A DNA stretch of 64,000 nt from Lama glama (lineage: Eukaryota). The stretch lies in assembly GCA_028534125.1 (NCBI GenBank), contig CM052818.1, positions 25,112,001 to 25,176,000 on the forward strand, given 5' to 3'. How positions within the stretch are numbered: the stretch's first letter is position 1; every line of letters starts with the position of its first letter. The notes below the pieces were generated by a model. That model was not told where the DNA came from and made no database searches. It saw only the letters and a program-made list of their open reading frames with translations. Position numbers and translations under genes: made by a program. Positions 11,600 to 25,855 of the stretch are shown piece after piece.

Positions 11600-11953
11600 C
11601 AAGGATGGATCCAGATTTTGTCAGGCCTGAACTTTATAAAGTAATTTGGGGGCCCTCATTAAGAAAACAAATAAATCAGAATAAAAATTTTGGTGTGAAA
11701 ATGAATATTTAGTTAGAATGAGAAAAGATGTCCCAACAAGATGTTGTAACCTTAGAGTCAGATCCCTTTCTTGTGAGTTTTCTTTAGGCATTTAATCAAA
11801 AAAGCTGTCATAAAATGCTTCCTGATAGCAACCTAGTTTCTCTTCCCCACCTATACTCTCTATGTTCCAGTAACTCTCAACACTCACAGAGGCCCATGCA
11901 AGTGACTAGGCCTGACTGTAACTTTTATTAGCTTTATAAAAAAATTGAGCTCT
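11600..11953 (-). mobile_element. hAT-Tip100 non-autonomous DNA transposon (ORSL-like)
   Basis: Termini ggatccagattttgtcaggcctgaac and ggcccatgcaagtgactaggcctg...attagcttt resemble recalled ORSL ends. Confidence 0.6.
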
Positions 11954-13119
11954 GCGCCTTACTCTCCCTGATTTTCATTATGGCATGTACCAGCTCATAT
12001 TTATTTGTTTATTGCCTTTCTCTCTTCACTAGAGATTTCAGAGGAAGGAGATAGTTGGTTCTGGTTGGGAGAAATCACAGCAGGTTTTACAGCCGAGATG
12101 GCATTGGGCTTGACCTAGAGCCCTGGCTATAGTGGGTACAGAATGAATGAAGCATTATGGATTATTATCAGGCCTAAAGGAAGTCAGTAGGCTTAATGTA
12201 TCTCCTGCATATTAAGCAGTATTCATAATTTGTGTGTATGGGAGGATACTCTGTCATTTTAAAGTAAAGACCGTTAGTGACTAGTAAATATATGTAGTTA
12301 CTACGTTACTGTTTTTTGGTTTTTGAAAATATGATTAAATTGGACTTCTGGGCAGGAAGAGGACTTTGTTCACCAATACCAAAAGACCTTAGTTTCGAGA
12401 GATGAAATCATGTTTGTTTTCTACTTTAGCCTTTTTTTTTTAAATACAATCTTTTTTTGTTCTGGAAGATGCCGTGTTTCAGAGTTCCAGCTGCCTTGAC
12501 CTGAGATTACAGGTTTGGGTTCCTATTGTGATAATGTATTACATACCTTAGTCCTTAAAATCTGTTGAAAAATTTTTAGATTTGACCACAGATTTAGGTA
12601 TGTCCAAATAAGATGTTTATTTAGTTTGTTTAAACTCTTCTTAGAAACTTGAGTTGCTAAGAAGTTTCTTTCCTTATAAATTATCCACCTTCTCCTGCTC
12701 AAAGAATCTTCTCTTTATTGCCTGTGGACTAAGGTATAAACTTTTAAGCCTGATACTCAAGGCATTGGCCTTTTTGCCCTCCAGCCCCTGAAGATGAGAA
12801 AGTTTAGATTGGAGGAGGCAGAGAGAGAGGAGGTAAGCAGAGGAAGGATTGGGGCTGGTGGGTTCCATTCCAGGTGGGTTTTGAGACTAAAAGGGAGGAT
12901 TAACTAACATGGAAAACTTGTTTTGGGGAGCATGGAAAAATAAAATTTGCTAGGTAAGGCAGGGCCAATTTATGAACTTGAAAACCAGCTAAAATCGTGT
13001 AGCAGGATGTTGGGAGCACTAAGGCTTTTGTATGAGAAATAATGATGTTGAAAGTGCCCAGAATTATTCTGGCTCATAATGAGAATGGATCAGAGAGGAA
13101 GGACAGAAATATCTGCCAA

Positions 13120-14446
13120 ACAGAAACTGTTTCAGAACCCCTTCACGCTCTTAAAATTATTGAGAATGCCAAAGTTGTTTATGTTAAATCTATTGCTGTT
13201 AACCATATTAGCAATTGTACCTGAGACATTTTTTTAAAATATCAGTTTATTGAAAAGAATAAGAAACCTGTTACATGTTAACATAAATCATGTTTTTATG
13301 AAAAATAACTATTTTCAAACAAAAAATTTAGTGAGGGGAGTGGCATTGCAGATCTCTTTAATATTTGGTTAAATAGACAGCAGATTTTCAATTCTGTTTC
13401 TTTATTCAATCTGTTGGGATATTTTGTTTTGGTTGAAGTATGTGAAGAAAATCTGGTCTTCACATGTATTTGGAAAAGGAGAATATTTTAATAGCCTTTC
13501 CAGGTAAGTTGTAGGTATTCTCTTCTGATACTTCTCTACAACTTGACAATTGGTAGCTTCTTAAAAGTTAGTTGCGTGTGGAATCTAAGACCTTATCAAT
13601 GAACTTTTCCTGTTGTTATGTTAAATGCTAATTATTGGTGTCTCTTGGGCTTAAAATGGATGGTTTTTACCTGTGTATGACTTTTTTTTTTTTATCATGC
13701 ATTGGTCATTTGGAAAATACAGATTCATAGAATTATCCAAATCTTCCCAAGTTGCCGTGTTTCATTACACAGTATCAAAAATCATCACTCATATCATCAG
13801 AAAAGTCTTATTGATGGTAGATACAAGTTTTCCAAGATTCAAATTCCTCTTGGGAAGTACTCAATGCATCACTTGCAACAAATGCTGTTGGTTTTTTTCA
13901 TTAAATTGACACATTCATTTAGTTCATTTTTGAAAAAATGTCAGATGTCTAAACATGAATAATCAGTTTGTCAGTTGCTCTCTCAAGTAAAAATGGTGTT
14001 CTATGGAAAATGTGGCTAGTTCAGTTTGCAACTCAATCGCATGTGCTATTTTTTGAGGTAACAAGGGTAGTTTGGTATACAGAAGTGCTTTGTGCGTTTC
14101 ATCAAATAGAATGTTAAAATGAGAAATACTCAAGGGTCAAGATTTGATAAAACTAATAATGTTTATGCTTCAATAAGGGCATTCTTAAGTGAAACTGGCT
14201 TTTTTCCCCCCAGTGAGTGAGGGCATGGCAATGAAGAATAACAGTGACTGCTATACCTTGTGGGGCCGCCGCCTTGATTTGTGCAAAGGCACCAGCAGTT
14301 TTACCACCATTGCTTTTGTACTGTTAGTGCAAATGTTGGCACAGTGGAAGGGGGGCCAGCAACATTTTGGTATAACATGAAAACAGTTTTGACCTTTCAG
14401 ACCCTCAGAAAGGAATCCTGGAGACCTCCAGGGATTCACAGAATTG
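13120..14446. mobile_element. hAT-Charlie DNA transposon (Charlie1a-like), ~1.3 kb, embedded in L2 sequence
   Basis: Begins gaaccccttcacgctcttaaaattattgag, ends gaccctcagaaaggaatcctggagacctccagggattcac; no intact transposase ORF. Confidence 0.7.
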
Positions 14447-15249
14447 TGGTAGAAGATGATATGGAGTAAGCTAAGGGGGAGGTAAGTGGTGATGGGTCAG
14501 AGAAGGCAAAAAGTAGTGCAGAATGGAAAGGAAGGAACAAATAGATGAGAAGCATCTTGGAGAGAAATTTGACAGGGCTTTGTGAAGAAATACAGGGATG
14601 GAGAGAGATGATTCAAAGAGGACTTCACAATTTTAAGCCTGATTGAGGAACATAAAATGGGTGCTTTATAAATATTTGTTCAAATAAATTAATAATGGGA
14701 GAATGTTATCAGTTACAAAGACAGTGAAGTTGAGAAGGTGGAGAGCTATGATCGTGTTGGGCTATTTTATTAGAAAATAAAGAGATAACTGTGAGATTTC
14801 TTTTCATTATTTACTTGCTGTGGTTACCCTAAAGAAACAGAAATAATGACTTTTCTTCATTTTTCTGTGGAGAATAACAGTTCTTTAGCAGTGTCTTAAA
14901 GACTAATAGAAACTGATAAGGATTAGTACCTTTCTCCCAGCTCTTAACTGAGGGGTTGCCAGGAGGACGTGCGAAGACGTGTTCTTCTGTTGAAGAAAAA
15001 TGCTACAGATTTGGAGGGTAATTGATTAAGGAATTAGTGAATGAAACAGTAGAATATGAGTTAGATATTTTTATTCTGGCATAAATTTAAAACTTTTGTT
15101 TTATTCTAATTATGACTTACACATTTTTAAAAGAAAAAAGTTAATAAGAAAACTGTAAGAAAACAATTAATATGATCAATAATCGTACTTCCAAGAGAGA
15201 AATACTCTTAGTATTTTGATTTTTTTTTTTTTTGTAGACAGATGTTTTA

Positions 15250-16200
15250 CAAAATTTGTGTGCTTTTGCAAAATACTGAAATTAAATTCTGGCTTACTTA
15301 GAGTGAAATGCATAGAACTTAAGTGTTTCAGTTAGATGAGTTTTGATACACATAACAGCTGTGCAACCCAGGTCTTTATTAAGATAGAACATTTCCTTAA
15401 TTTCAGAAAGTTCTCGTGTCCCTTCCCAGTCAGTCATGTACCCCACCACCATTGCAATCTGTTCTGATTTCTGTCACTCTTCTAGAACTTGATATAAATG
15501 AATCACAAATGAATTGCCTTGGTACCTTTGATGAAAATCAGTTGACAGTGCATGTGTGAGTATATTCTGGACTCTGTTTTGTTTTGTTGAACCATCTGGC
15601 TGGACTTGCTTTCAACAATACCTCCCTGTTTTAGTGTAGCTTCATAGAAAGCCTTGAAATCAGGTCGTGGGTCCTGCAACTTCATTCTGCTTTTTCAGGA
15701 TTGTTTTATCTATTCTAGGTCCTTAACTTTTTACCACACAAATTTTGGAATCATCTTTTTGAGGCATATAAAAAAGCCTGCTGAGACTGTTTTAAATGTT
15801 TTATTTTGAAATAATTATAAACTCATAGGAGGTCGCAAAAAGAGTGCCAAGAGGTCTCATGGACCCCAACACCCAGCTTCCCTCAGGGCTGACATCTTTA
15901 CCTAACTATTGTGCATTATCAAAACCCAGAGATTGATTGGCACAATGCAATTAACTAGATCTTAGATTTCACCACTTTTTGCATGCACTCAGTTTTTTAT
16001 GTCTGTGCATAATTTTGTGACATTTTACCACATACGTAACTTATTGGGATTTTATTGGGAGTACATGGAATTTGCAGCTCATTTTGTGAAAAATTGAGAT
16101 CTAAACAGCATTGAGTCCTCTGATCTGTGAATACAGTATTTCTCTCCATCAATTTTGATTTCCTTTAACTTATCAATGTTTTGCCCTTTTTTCTTTTTAA
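15250..16200 (-). mobile_element. Degenerate L1 3'/ORF2 fragments with a nested L1M 3' end (~15795-16040)
   Basis: Antisense L1 motifs (tctattctaggtcc, ttttattttgaaataattataaactcatagga). Confidence 0.65.
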
Positions 16201-17149
16201 ATTATAAATTTTATCCCTAGCCTTTTCTACTAATATTGTAGTAAAGATAACTATTATGTGGTAGTACTTCTTCAAGGTGGTACAGGAATTGTAATGTGAA
16301 CTACATTTTCAGCTTTTATTAGAGTCTTCACTATACTAGTGGTGTCTGACTTCCTTTGATTTAACCTTGTACATTTTTAGCTCTGAGCATATGGACTCTT
16401 TAAAAATTGGCAAAAATGAAAACAGGGGAAATGACTATTTAAAAAGCTGTCACTTCAGCTGTATTATCTGTAAAGATTAAAACAAAATCCTTAGAACCTT
16501 TTGTATTTTTATATGTTAGAAAAATGTGTTTATGTGTGTTATATTTTGAAAAATTCATATTTTTGTGCTTTTTAATGGAAAATAATATTTGCTTTGTCCT
16601 TAAGTGAAAAAACATATTGTGCTTGATTGTTTAGAAGAGCCTAAAGAATTTCTTTCTGATCTTGAGGAGATTATGCTCTGATTGAGGAAATAAAATATGC
16701 CTAAATGGAATATCTGAAGAACATTTCTAAGGCAGTATTTTAACAATTAAAAGAGCAATAACATGTTATAAGTACTATAGAATTCAATTCAAGGGAAAGG
16801 TGAATTCATGTTAATTTGGTAAAGACTTCCTGGAAGAGTGAATCTTGACCTGGGAGTTAAAGAAATAATTGGATTTTCATTTGTAGAGGAACTTCCATTG
16901 GTAGACAGCCTTTCATTTCATTCATGTGTGAGCCATTCCAAAAGAGATTAAAATGGATAAACATACAACTGTGGGACTGCAGTGAGCAAAAAGGTAATAG
17001 ACAGCATTCTGACTAAAGCAAGGGTCCTAATTGCAAGATGTAATAGATAATGTTTCAGATATCCAGGATACAGACAAATCAATGCTTGGAGAATGTAGAA
17101 TTTGATTTACAGTATAATATTTTTGAAATTCTTTAGGGCCAGTCTTAAC

Positions 17150-20100
17150 ATTCTAACCTGATTGGTTGCTATTTGGACGGTACTCTGAGTTTTATTTCCC
17201 CCTTTCCCTTCTGTTAGATTAAAAGTTATACTATTTGGATACTTTTGGTGGGTACCTTAAAATTTCAACATGTATAATAATATTAATAAACATCTCTCTT
17301 CTTTTTCTGGTCAGTACATGGACTTGAGAATGATTCCATTCAATTACCACCTTCCTGTTTTGTGTTGTCTCTTATTTTGGGTCTACTTTTTTTTTTTGTC
17401 TCACAGATGAGTGTTTATCATCATTGCTTTCTACAGACAGTCCTCTTTTACATTTACCTGTATAGGTTTTCTGACATACAGTGTTTCTTTGCTCATCACT
17501 ATTTCTTGGCATCTTATTCCATCGTTCTGGCTTCAGTTTTTGTCTTCTTGATGAGCATGATTGGTACGGTTTTTCCTTCTTCTTCTTTCCCTCCTATCCC
17601 TCCCTCCCTTCAACTGTGTAAGGTAAACGTAGTCTCTTTTTTTCAAAAATGTTTCTCATTTGTCTTAACTTTTAAATCCTATTTAATTTGGTATAGAACT
17701 CCAGATTGATAGTTATTTTCTCTCAGAACTTTGAAGATACTCAGTTGCTGATGATAAGAAGTCTTATCAATTTGCTGTTCTTTGTAGCTAGTTGGTGTTT
17801 TCTTTCTGATTGACTTTTAAGATGTTTTTTCTTTGACTCTAGTATCTCGCAGTTTCACAGTGATGTTTCTAGATGTGGGTTAAAATTAAAATATTTGTTT
17901 TTCTTTAACCTAACAAGTAGCTTATTTCATCAGTCCTGGATAATTCTGAGCTGGTATACCTTTGATTGCTATTTATTCCGCATCTCTGTTGTTTCTTTTT
18001 AGAGCTCCTATCGTATACTTTATCCTTCTATTCCTTCATGTCCCACAACATCATGATTTGTTCACCTCTTTATTCTTGTATTATGGTTTATATCTTCAGT
18101 ATATTCGATTGTGTCTGTCTGATCTGCTGTTCAAAGTTCCTGTTGCTTTTTTTTTTTTAAGTGGGTTTTTGGGGAAATAATTTAGACTCATAGGAAAATT
18201 GGGAAACTAATAAAGAATTCTCATATTCCCTTACCCAGATTTACCAGGTGGTTATTAACACTTTGCCACATTTGCTTTATCATTTTGTCTCTTTCTATAT
18301 ATAGATACATATTACTATTTTTTTCTGAGCCATTTCATAGTAAATTACAGACGTCATGCTCCTTTAAACATCTACACTTCAATGCATATTTCTCAAAATA
18401 AATACTTTCATTTAAATAAAACCGTAATATAGTTATCAAAATCAGAACTTTCAATATTAATATAATACTATTATCTGAGCTGTAGACTTTATTCAGAGTT
18501 CTACCAATGGTCTTAATAATGTCCATAATAGCATTTTTTCCCTTACTTCAGAAACTAATCCAGGGTTATAACATGTTGCTTTTAGTTTCCAAGACTTTTC
18601 AGTCTCTTTTAAACTAGAATAGTTTTTAAGCTTTTCTTTGTTTTTCTAGACACTGACATTTTTGGAGAGTATGTGTCATTTATTTTGTAGAGTGTTCTTC
18701 ATTTTTGAAATGTCTGATGTTTCCTTTTGGTTAAATTTAGGTTACAAATTTTGGGCAGAAGGGTATATAAGTGATGATGTGTACTCAGTGACTCATATCA
18801 GGGATATGTGGTGTTGATTTGTCCCTTTATTAATGTTAGTTTTGGTCACTTGGTTAACATGAATCTGCTAGGTTTCTTCTCTACGAAGTTATTATTTTTC
18901 CTTTTGTAATTAATAAGTAATTTGTAAGGAGATACTCTGAGATGTAGTATCTCCTTCCTCATTTGACTTATACCCATTAGTTTTAACATCCATTGATGAT
19001 TCTTCCTTGAATTAATACTATGATGGTTGCAAAATGGTAGTTCTCTAATTCCATTAATTTCTTCTACTTTTATTGGTTGACATTTTGTTGTGATGAAGAG
19101 CTCTTGCTTTTCCATTTATTTTTGGTCCTAAGGATTCTAATTTTATTCATTGAGTTCTAATTAATCACTATCATTTATTTTGGTGGTCAGAGTATTAAAG
19201 ATTTAGTCAGTTAGATTCTGTCTTAGTCATCTCAGGCTGCCCAAACAAAATGCCATAGAATGGGTGGCTTAAACAACAGAAATTTACTTTCTGACAATTC
19301 TGGAGACCAGAAGTCTAATATCAAACTGTGCTAGCATGATTGGTTTCTGGTGAGGGCTCTCTTCTTAGCTTGTAGATGGCCCTCATCTACCTCCTTGCTG
19401 TGTGCTCACATTGTAGAGAGTGAGCAAAGCTTTCTTGTGACTCTTCTAAGGACACTAATTCCACCATGAGGGCCTCTACCCTCATGCCCTCATCTAAAAC
19501 TAATTATCTCCCCCAAGGCCCTGTCTTTAAACACCATCACACTCGGAATTAGGGTTTCAGTACATGAAATGATGATAGGGGATGGGGCACAGCTAAGTCC
19601 ATACCAGGTTTCATTGCTTTTTAAATTATAATAAGTGTATTTTTAGAGGCCCTGTTTTACTCTTTCTCTACTCTTTTTGCATAGTTTCTTGTTCTTGGCA
19701 GTTGACTCCTTTTTAATACCTTTATTATTTTAGCATACTTTATTAACATTCTCTTTCAAATTACCATTCTATCTTTTCAAATTTGGAGGGTTTTTATTCT
19801 TGCTGTGTGTTGATTTGTTGTGTTTACAGACTCCCACTTGCAGTTAGATTTTTATTTTAATTTTGAATTCATCTGAAATTTCTGTAAGAATCTTTTGTGG
19901 TTCAAATTATGAGAGTGTCCTTCCAAAACAGTTTTGCTTTCACTCTTATCAGGACTCATTGGTCTGGACTAATGAGTCTCACTGGTCTGAGACTAATCTT
20001 TAGGTTAATTGCTCAGCTTGGAATTTCCCACCATTTATAGATAATGCAGATTTGAACCCCAAGCCAAATAAGCAGCAGGCCCTTGGTTTTGAATGCTTAT

Positions 20101-20980
20101 GGGACATTTTTTCTTCCTCCCTGCTATAAACATCTGTAAGCAGGTTTTTGTGTAGACATAACTTTTCAGCTCATTTGAGTAAATACCAAGGAGTGCAATT
20201 GCTGGGTTGTGTGGTAAGACTATGTTTAGCTTTGTAAGAAACCGCCAAACTCTTTTCCAGAGTAGCTGTACCATTTTGCATTCCCACCAGCAGTCAGTCC
20301 CATTCCTGTTGTACCATAACCTTGTGAGCATTTGGTGTTGTCGTGTTTTGGATTTTGGCCATTCTGATAGATATGTAGTGGTATCTCGTCATTTTAGTTT
20401 GCAGTTCTCTAGTGACATTGATGGTGATTATCTTTTCATGCTGTTATTTGTGATTTTTATATCTTGTTCGGTGAAGTGTCTGTTCAGATCTTCCATCCTT
20501 TTTAAAATTGAATTGTCTTCTAATGGTTGAGTTTTAAGAGTTCTGTATATTTTCGATGTAAGCCCTTTATCACATCTGTGTTTTGCAGATATTTTCTCCC
20601 ATCTGTGGCTTGTCTTTTCATTCTCTTAACAGAGCAGAAGTTTTTAATTTAGTGAAGTCCAACTTAATGATCATTTCTTTCATTGATCTCACCTTTGGTA
20701 TTATAGCTAAAAACCTATTGCCAAACCCAAACCAAGGTCACCTAGATTTTCTCTTTTTGAACACTTATAGTTTTGCATTTTACATTTAGATTTATGATCT
20801 GTTTAAGTTAATTTTTGTGAGAGGTGTAAGGTCTATGTCTAGATGCTTTTTTGTGTGTGTGTATATGTTCAGTTGTTCCAGTGCCATTTGTTGAAAGGAT
20901 CATCCTTTTCCCATCTAGTTGCCTTTGTTCCTTTGTCAGAGATCACTTGACTGTATAACTGTGAATCTGTTTCTGGGTTT
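17150..20980 (-). mobile_element. Cluster of old antisense L1M fragments, interrupted by an MLT1 LTR
   Basis: ORF 20035-20331(-) carries L1 ORF2 C-terminal remnants (WWECKMVQLLWKRVWRFLTKLNIVLPHNPAIALLGIY). Confidence 0.75.
19219..19606 (-). mobile_element. MaLR solo LTR (MLT1A/B-like)
   Basis: TG...CA ends; tgtcttagtc...gggtggcttaaacaacagaaattt signature. Confidence 0.8.
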
Positions 20981-21190
20981 TGTATTTGCTAGGGCTGTCA
21001 AAGCAAAGTATCACAGACTGAATGGCTCAGACAACAGAAATTTACTTTCTTGTAGTTTCTAGTTCTGGAGGCTAGAAGTTCGAGATCAGTGTGTAAGCAG
21101 GGTTAGTTTCTTTTGAGACTTTTCTCCTTGTCTCATAAATGTCTGTTTTCTCCTGGTGTCTTTTTGTGGTCTTCCCTCTGAAACTGTGTT
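20981..21190 (-). mobile_element. Partial MLT1 LTR
   Basis: tgtatttgctagggctgtc...acaacagaaattt...gttctggaggctagaag. Confidence 0.7.
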
Positions 21191-21909
21191 CAAACACAGA
21201 GAGTTTGAGGTTATTGAAGAGTAGTAATTTGTAGTCAGATATAGCACAGAACTAGGGGAATAAAGCCTGGGAGTCCATTCAGTTTAGTTAGGAGAATGTA
21301 CTTGCTGTGTGTAGAGTTGTTTTCTGATTGGAATGATTGGCAGAGTATTCTATTTACAAGTGATTCAGCAGGTAAGAGGAGGCAGTGACATCTTCTAGAG
21401 TCTCTTGTTGCGGAGTTTGATTTTGTTACTTCCTCCTAGGATCATGTCATTCATTTCCTTCTCCTAGTATGTTCCCTAGGAGTATTTACTGAACATCTGT
21501 ACTGAGCTTTGTACCATGGCTGACACAGAGGATATGATCCTTCTTCTCAAGGAGTGGCAGACTAGGTATGGGCATAGTACTAAGTAATTTCATCACAGTA
21601 TTACTATGTAGCATTTAAAAATTATATATTGAATTATGTGATTCTTGACAGAAGTTCAGAAGATCAGAAAATTATTGTCATCGAATAGAAGGCTTTTTAG
21701 AAGAAACAGAATGAAAGTTTGGCCTTAAAATATGATTTAGATTTAAATAAGTGAAGTGGAACAACATTGTAGTTGAGGTGAATATTGCAAAATGAAGATC
21801 TAATGGAGGAGGAATAAGCGAGAAGGGATCATGCAGGAAATAGGTCAGACTGCATGAAATGATTTGTATTGGAGAATAGTGGAGAATATTGGATATTAAT
21901 AACAATAAT

Positions 21910-22175
21910 CATTATAATAATAGCAAATAGCATTTATGGAGTACTTACTATGTAGTAGGCATGGTTTTATGTAAACACTTTTCAGGTATTTTCATTTTAG
22001 TCCTCCTCACAGCTTTATGAGGTAGGCATTATTGTTATTTCCATTTTTCAGATGTGAAAAGTGAGGCATAAAAAGAAAGGTCAAGAATAGGCCCAGAATC
22101 TAGTAAGTGGTGACATCAGAATTTGGATTCAGGCAGTCTTAGCCTCAGAGCCTGTGCTTTGTAGTCACGGTGTTT
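21910..22175 (-). mobile_element. MIR SINE within L2-like sequence
   Basis: ccatttttcagatgtgaaaagtgaggc core. Confidence 0.7.
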
Positions 22176-24149
22176 TGCTATAGAGAGGTAAGTGAGACCA
22201 AAATATGTCTTGAGAAACTGTCTTCTGCATATACATTAAATATAATAGAAATAAGGGAACCATTGAAAATGTTTGAACAGAAGTGTTCATAGTGAGGGAC
22301 CACTTTTTAGTCCTGTGGGGTGTAGGTGGGTGTGATGTAGGGTGGGTAGTTAATCCTTAGTCTGGTATTTCAGATTATCTGAAAGATAGTGTAACAGTTC
22401 ATGAGTGAATGGTAATGATGTGAATTAGATTGATGACAGGGGGAGTTTTGGTTTGGAGAGATGGGAAACTTGAGTAGAGCAAGATGTGGAGTTAGATTTT
22501 GGACAGATCGATTGAAATAATGTATTTAAGTAGAAAGGTCAGTTGTCTCATTCCCTTCCTTATCCCACCCCGCTTCTCATTCCCACTCCTAAGCCCCACA
22601 GTGATAGCCCAGCAGACTTGAAGGGACTGATGGGGAGATATGGTAAAGAAAGAGAGCGTTCATGAAAACAAGAATTCTTCAGTGATGGGAGCCAAAAGAA
22701 GGGACATCTTTTGCCTTGAATTTTCAAAGGAAGAATAGCTCGCATCTAACTTCTTCCTCATTTTTAATATCCAAGGAATTCAAAAAATTCAAGCCTCATA
22801 GTTTCAAGCTGTCTTTTGAGGTGTCATGATACATGACATGACTATAAATATGCTATAAAATAAAAAATATAAATATGCTGTAAAATATACTATAAAAGAC
22901 CTATGCTATAAGTACACATATATGTGAAAGTTGTGGTCTTTAGAAAAAAATTTGATATTACAAGTTACTGAATATTTTTTAGTTGAAACAGGTAAGAACA
23001 ATGGAGTAGAGATAGTGAGAGATTGCCCACCATGTTGTTGTTATCAGAGTTTTCTTTTAAAAACTGTGCATCCTTAAAATCCTTTTTTTGGATTCCTATA
23101 TTCCTTTTAGTGCCTCTGGAATAATTTATGATCTCCCATTGTCCCTGCACAGGAGGGTTCACACTCCTCTCCCTCCACGTCATTCTTAGGAGGTAACAGA
23201 GCTGACAGAGAAAAGAAAACATTGACGATGCCAAGTGATAGGAAACCCAGATGGACAATGCCATTATTAAAACTTGTTCATCTTCCCATTCTCTGCTTCT
23301 TGCTGCATTTGTCCCCACTTTCTGCTTCTCCACCCTTTCTTTCCTTAATGAAAACTCAAACCCCAAACCCTTAAAGAAGGTTGAGTAGAGACTAAAGCTT
23401 TTTGCAGAAATAGGCCACACACACACACAAACACACTTACGTTTACTTTTTGAATGTCATTCAGCTTCAACAGTCATAGGTCAGTCGTTGTCATTTTTAT
23501 TTCTTAATCATTATGTTGACATTTTTCTTTGAGGTTGCTTGTTTCTAGTCAGTGCTATGATGGCCATTTGCTAACACTACTGGAGTCTGCTGATCATATA
23601 AGATGTTTTGATTTAGAACATTGAGATTTTTTTTCTTTAGTAAACTGTAGTTACATGAGGTTTGACAAACTTTTTTCTTTCAAAAACCAAAATTGAAGGT
23701 TACTGTTAATTACTGGGCAGACTTGCTATTTTTACAGTGAGTTTGTATTGTTTGTGTTGAGATTTTTCTTAGCTATTTCTGTAGTTAAAGTACTTGAATT
23801 AAAATTTAAAGAACATTTCTATATCATAACCTATTTTATTAGACGTGATCACATAAAAGGTATGAAATTCAAATCTGTTTCATAATATTTTAGGCAAATT
23901 ATTTTAAAAATATAATTTAACTTATTTTGGTGGGTTTTAGAAAAGTCTGGAAACCAACCTTATTTGGCAGTAAAGGGATCTAGTTTTTTAGCACCATTGT
24001 TTGCAAAAATTATTCATTTACCTGATGGGATCAGCTGTTTTGGGAGACAAATACCTTTTTGTTTACCTGGCCAAGGTTTAAACTTACCTTTTTAAACTCG
24101 TAACATTAACATTTACAAATTTTATTTAAATTGTTTATTATTTAATTCT

Positions 24150-25520
24150 TTAATTTAAGATTTTTCAAAATTAATTTTAGACTATTTTTAGATTTATAAA
24201 AAGTCACAAAAACAATAGTTTCTTTAAACTCACCCAGTCTCCCCTTTTGTTAACATCTCACATGACCATGGTACATTTGTCACAACTAAGGAACCAACTT
24301 TGGTACCTCACTATTAACTGAATGCCACTGTTTATTTGGATTTTGCTAGTTTTTCCCTGATGTCTCTTCTCTATGCCAGGATCCCATCCCAGATACCACA
24401 TTACATTTTGTCATCATGTCTCTTTAAACAAGATTTTCCTGTCTCTGGCCTCTTCACAGACTTTGTTTGTTTGTGACGACCTTAACAGTGTTGAGGGGTG
24501 CTGATAGGTATTTTGTAGTGTGTTTGTTTCTCTGTTTAGATTTGTCTGATGTCTTTCTCATGGCTAGACTGGGATATGAATTTGGGGGAGGATGAAGTAT
24601 CCATGCTGTCGATGTGACTTATCACTGGTGATGTTATCCTTCATCACCTGGCCATGGTGATGTTTTCTATGTTTCTCCACTATAAAGTTATTTTTCTCCA
24701 CCTTTCTGTGGTGTTTTCAGAAAGCAAATCACCAAACACAGCCCCACACTTAGCAGGTGAAGAGTTAAGCTTCATCTTGAGGGAGGGAGTAGCTACGTAA
24801 ATGACTTGGAGTTTTTCTGTAAGGAGATTTTTATCTTTGCCCTTTAGTTATTTTATCTAACATCTAATAGTTGGATTTATCAATATATATTTTGTATTCT
24901 AGGTTATAATCCAATGCTCAGATTGTTCCAGCTTAGACATTGGGAGCTTTTTCAGATTGTCTCATGTGTCACTTTGGTATGTCCCCATCATTTTGTTTTT
25001 TACACTTCCTTACTCTCTGTCAGTATAAGCTGTCCAGGCTCCTCAGGTGTATTCCCTGCGCCAGCCTTATCATCAGCCATTTCTCCGAGGACCCCTGGTT
25101 CCTTTTATTGGAGTATTAACCTAAGAAACCATGGTTTGGGTTCGGGGTGTGCTAGTTCTTACTGATGTGTCATTATTTCCAGGCCCTCTCAGTAGGTAGA
25201 TCTAGGAAATACATGTATTTATATAAAATATGTATTATTACATACGGTGTTATAGAATATATATTTATAACATTATATATAAGTATATACATTACTAACT
25301 TATGTATACATAAATATCTATAATTATTTCTGTGCCTATCTAACTGTACCCATCTTAAGCTAAACATGAATTTTTACCGGTGTCTCTGACTCTGACCCAG
25401 TCCCACATGGTTCAGTCTAGCCTTCCCCTATGGCGTATCTGTAGCCTTCTTCTCTAGTAGTAAGAAACCTGGCTGCCACCATCCCCCATCCATTTATACC
25501 TTTGTTCAATTTCAGTATCT
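24150..25520 (-). mobile_element. Old L1MC/MD-type 3' UTR
   Basis: caggatcccatcccagataccacattacattt and related L1M 3' UTR motifs. Confidence 0.7.
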
Positions 25521-25624
25521 GTACAGCTTTTGGGGAATTGTCTCAACTCTGTTTTATAAGTTCTCAAACCACACTCTTCTCATACTTTAAGTTGCTCGTT
25601 TATTCTTTGAAATAATAATAATTA

Positions 25625-25855
25625 TTATATATCATGTGCTAAGCAATTTGCTGTGAACTTTTATCTGTAATAACCAATTTTGGTCTTGATCCATGCTATG
25701 GTGTCAGGTCTTTAATTATCCCTGTTTCACAGATGAGAATAGAGGGGCCCAGAAGGCTCTCCTGATTGGCCCGAGGGTCCCCAGCTAGTACGTGGCGGAG
25801 CAGCAGAAGAACCCACAGTCCCCTGTGGGGCCTGTGCGCTCGGCTACACTGCCGT
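25625..25855 (-). mobile_element. MIR SINE, unusually CpG-rich
   Basis: cctgtttcacagatgagaatagagggg...cagctagtacgtggcggagc. Confidence 0.65.

Noticed and set aside
13120..14446. Possible domesticated transposase
   Set aside because: Only short broken ORFs; a non-autonomous, decayed Charlie element.
20035..20331. ORF with L1 ORF2-like peptide (similar fragments near 28.9 kb and 48.7 kb)
   Set aside because: Short degenerate retrotransposon fragments; no intact endonuclease or reverse transcriptase frame.
22840..22912. Repeated tatgctataaaa-like units, considered as an array
   Set aside because: Irregular AT-rich low-complexity sequence without constant repeats or unique spacers; not CRISPR-like.
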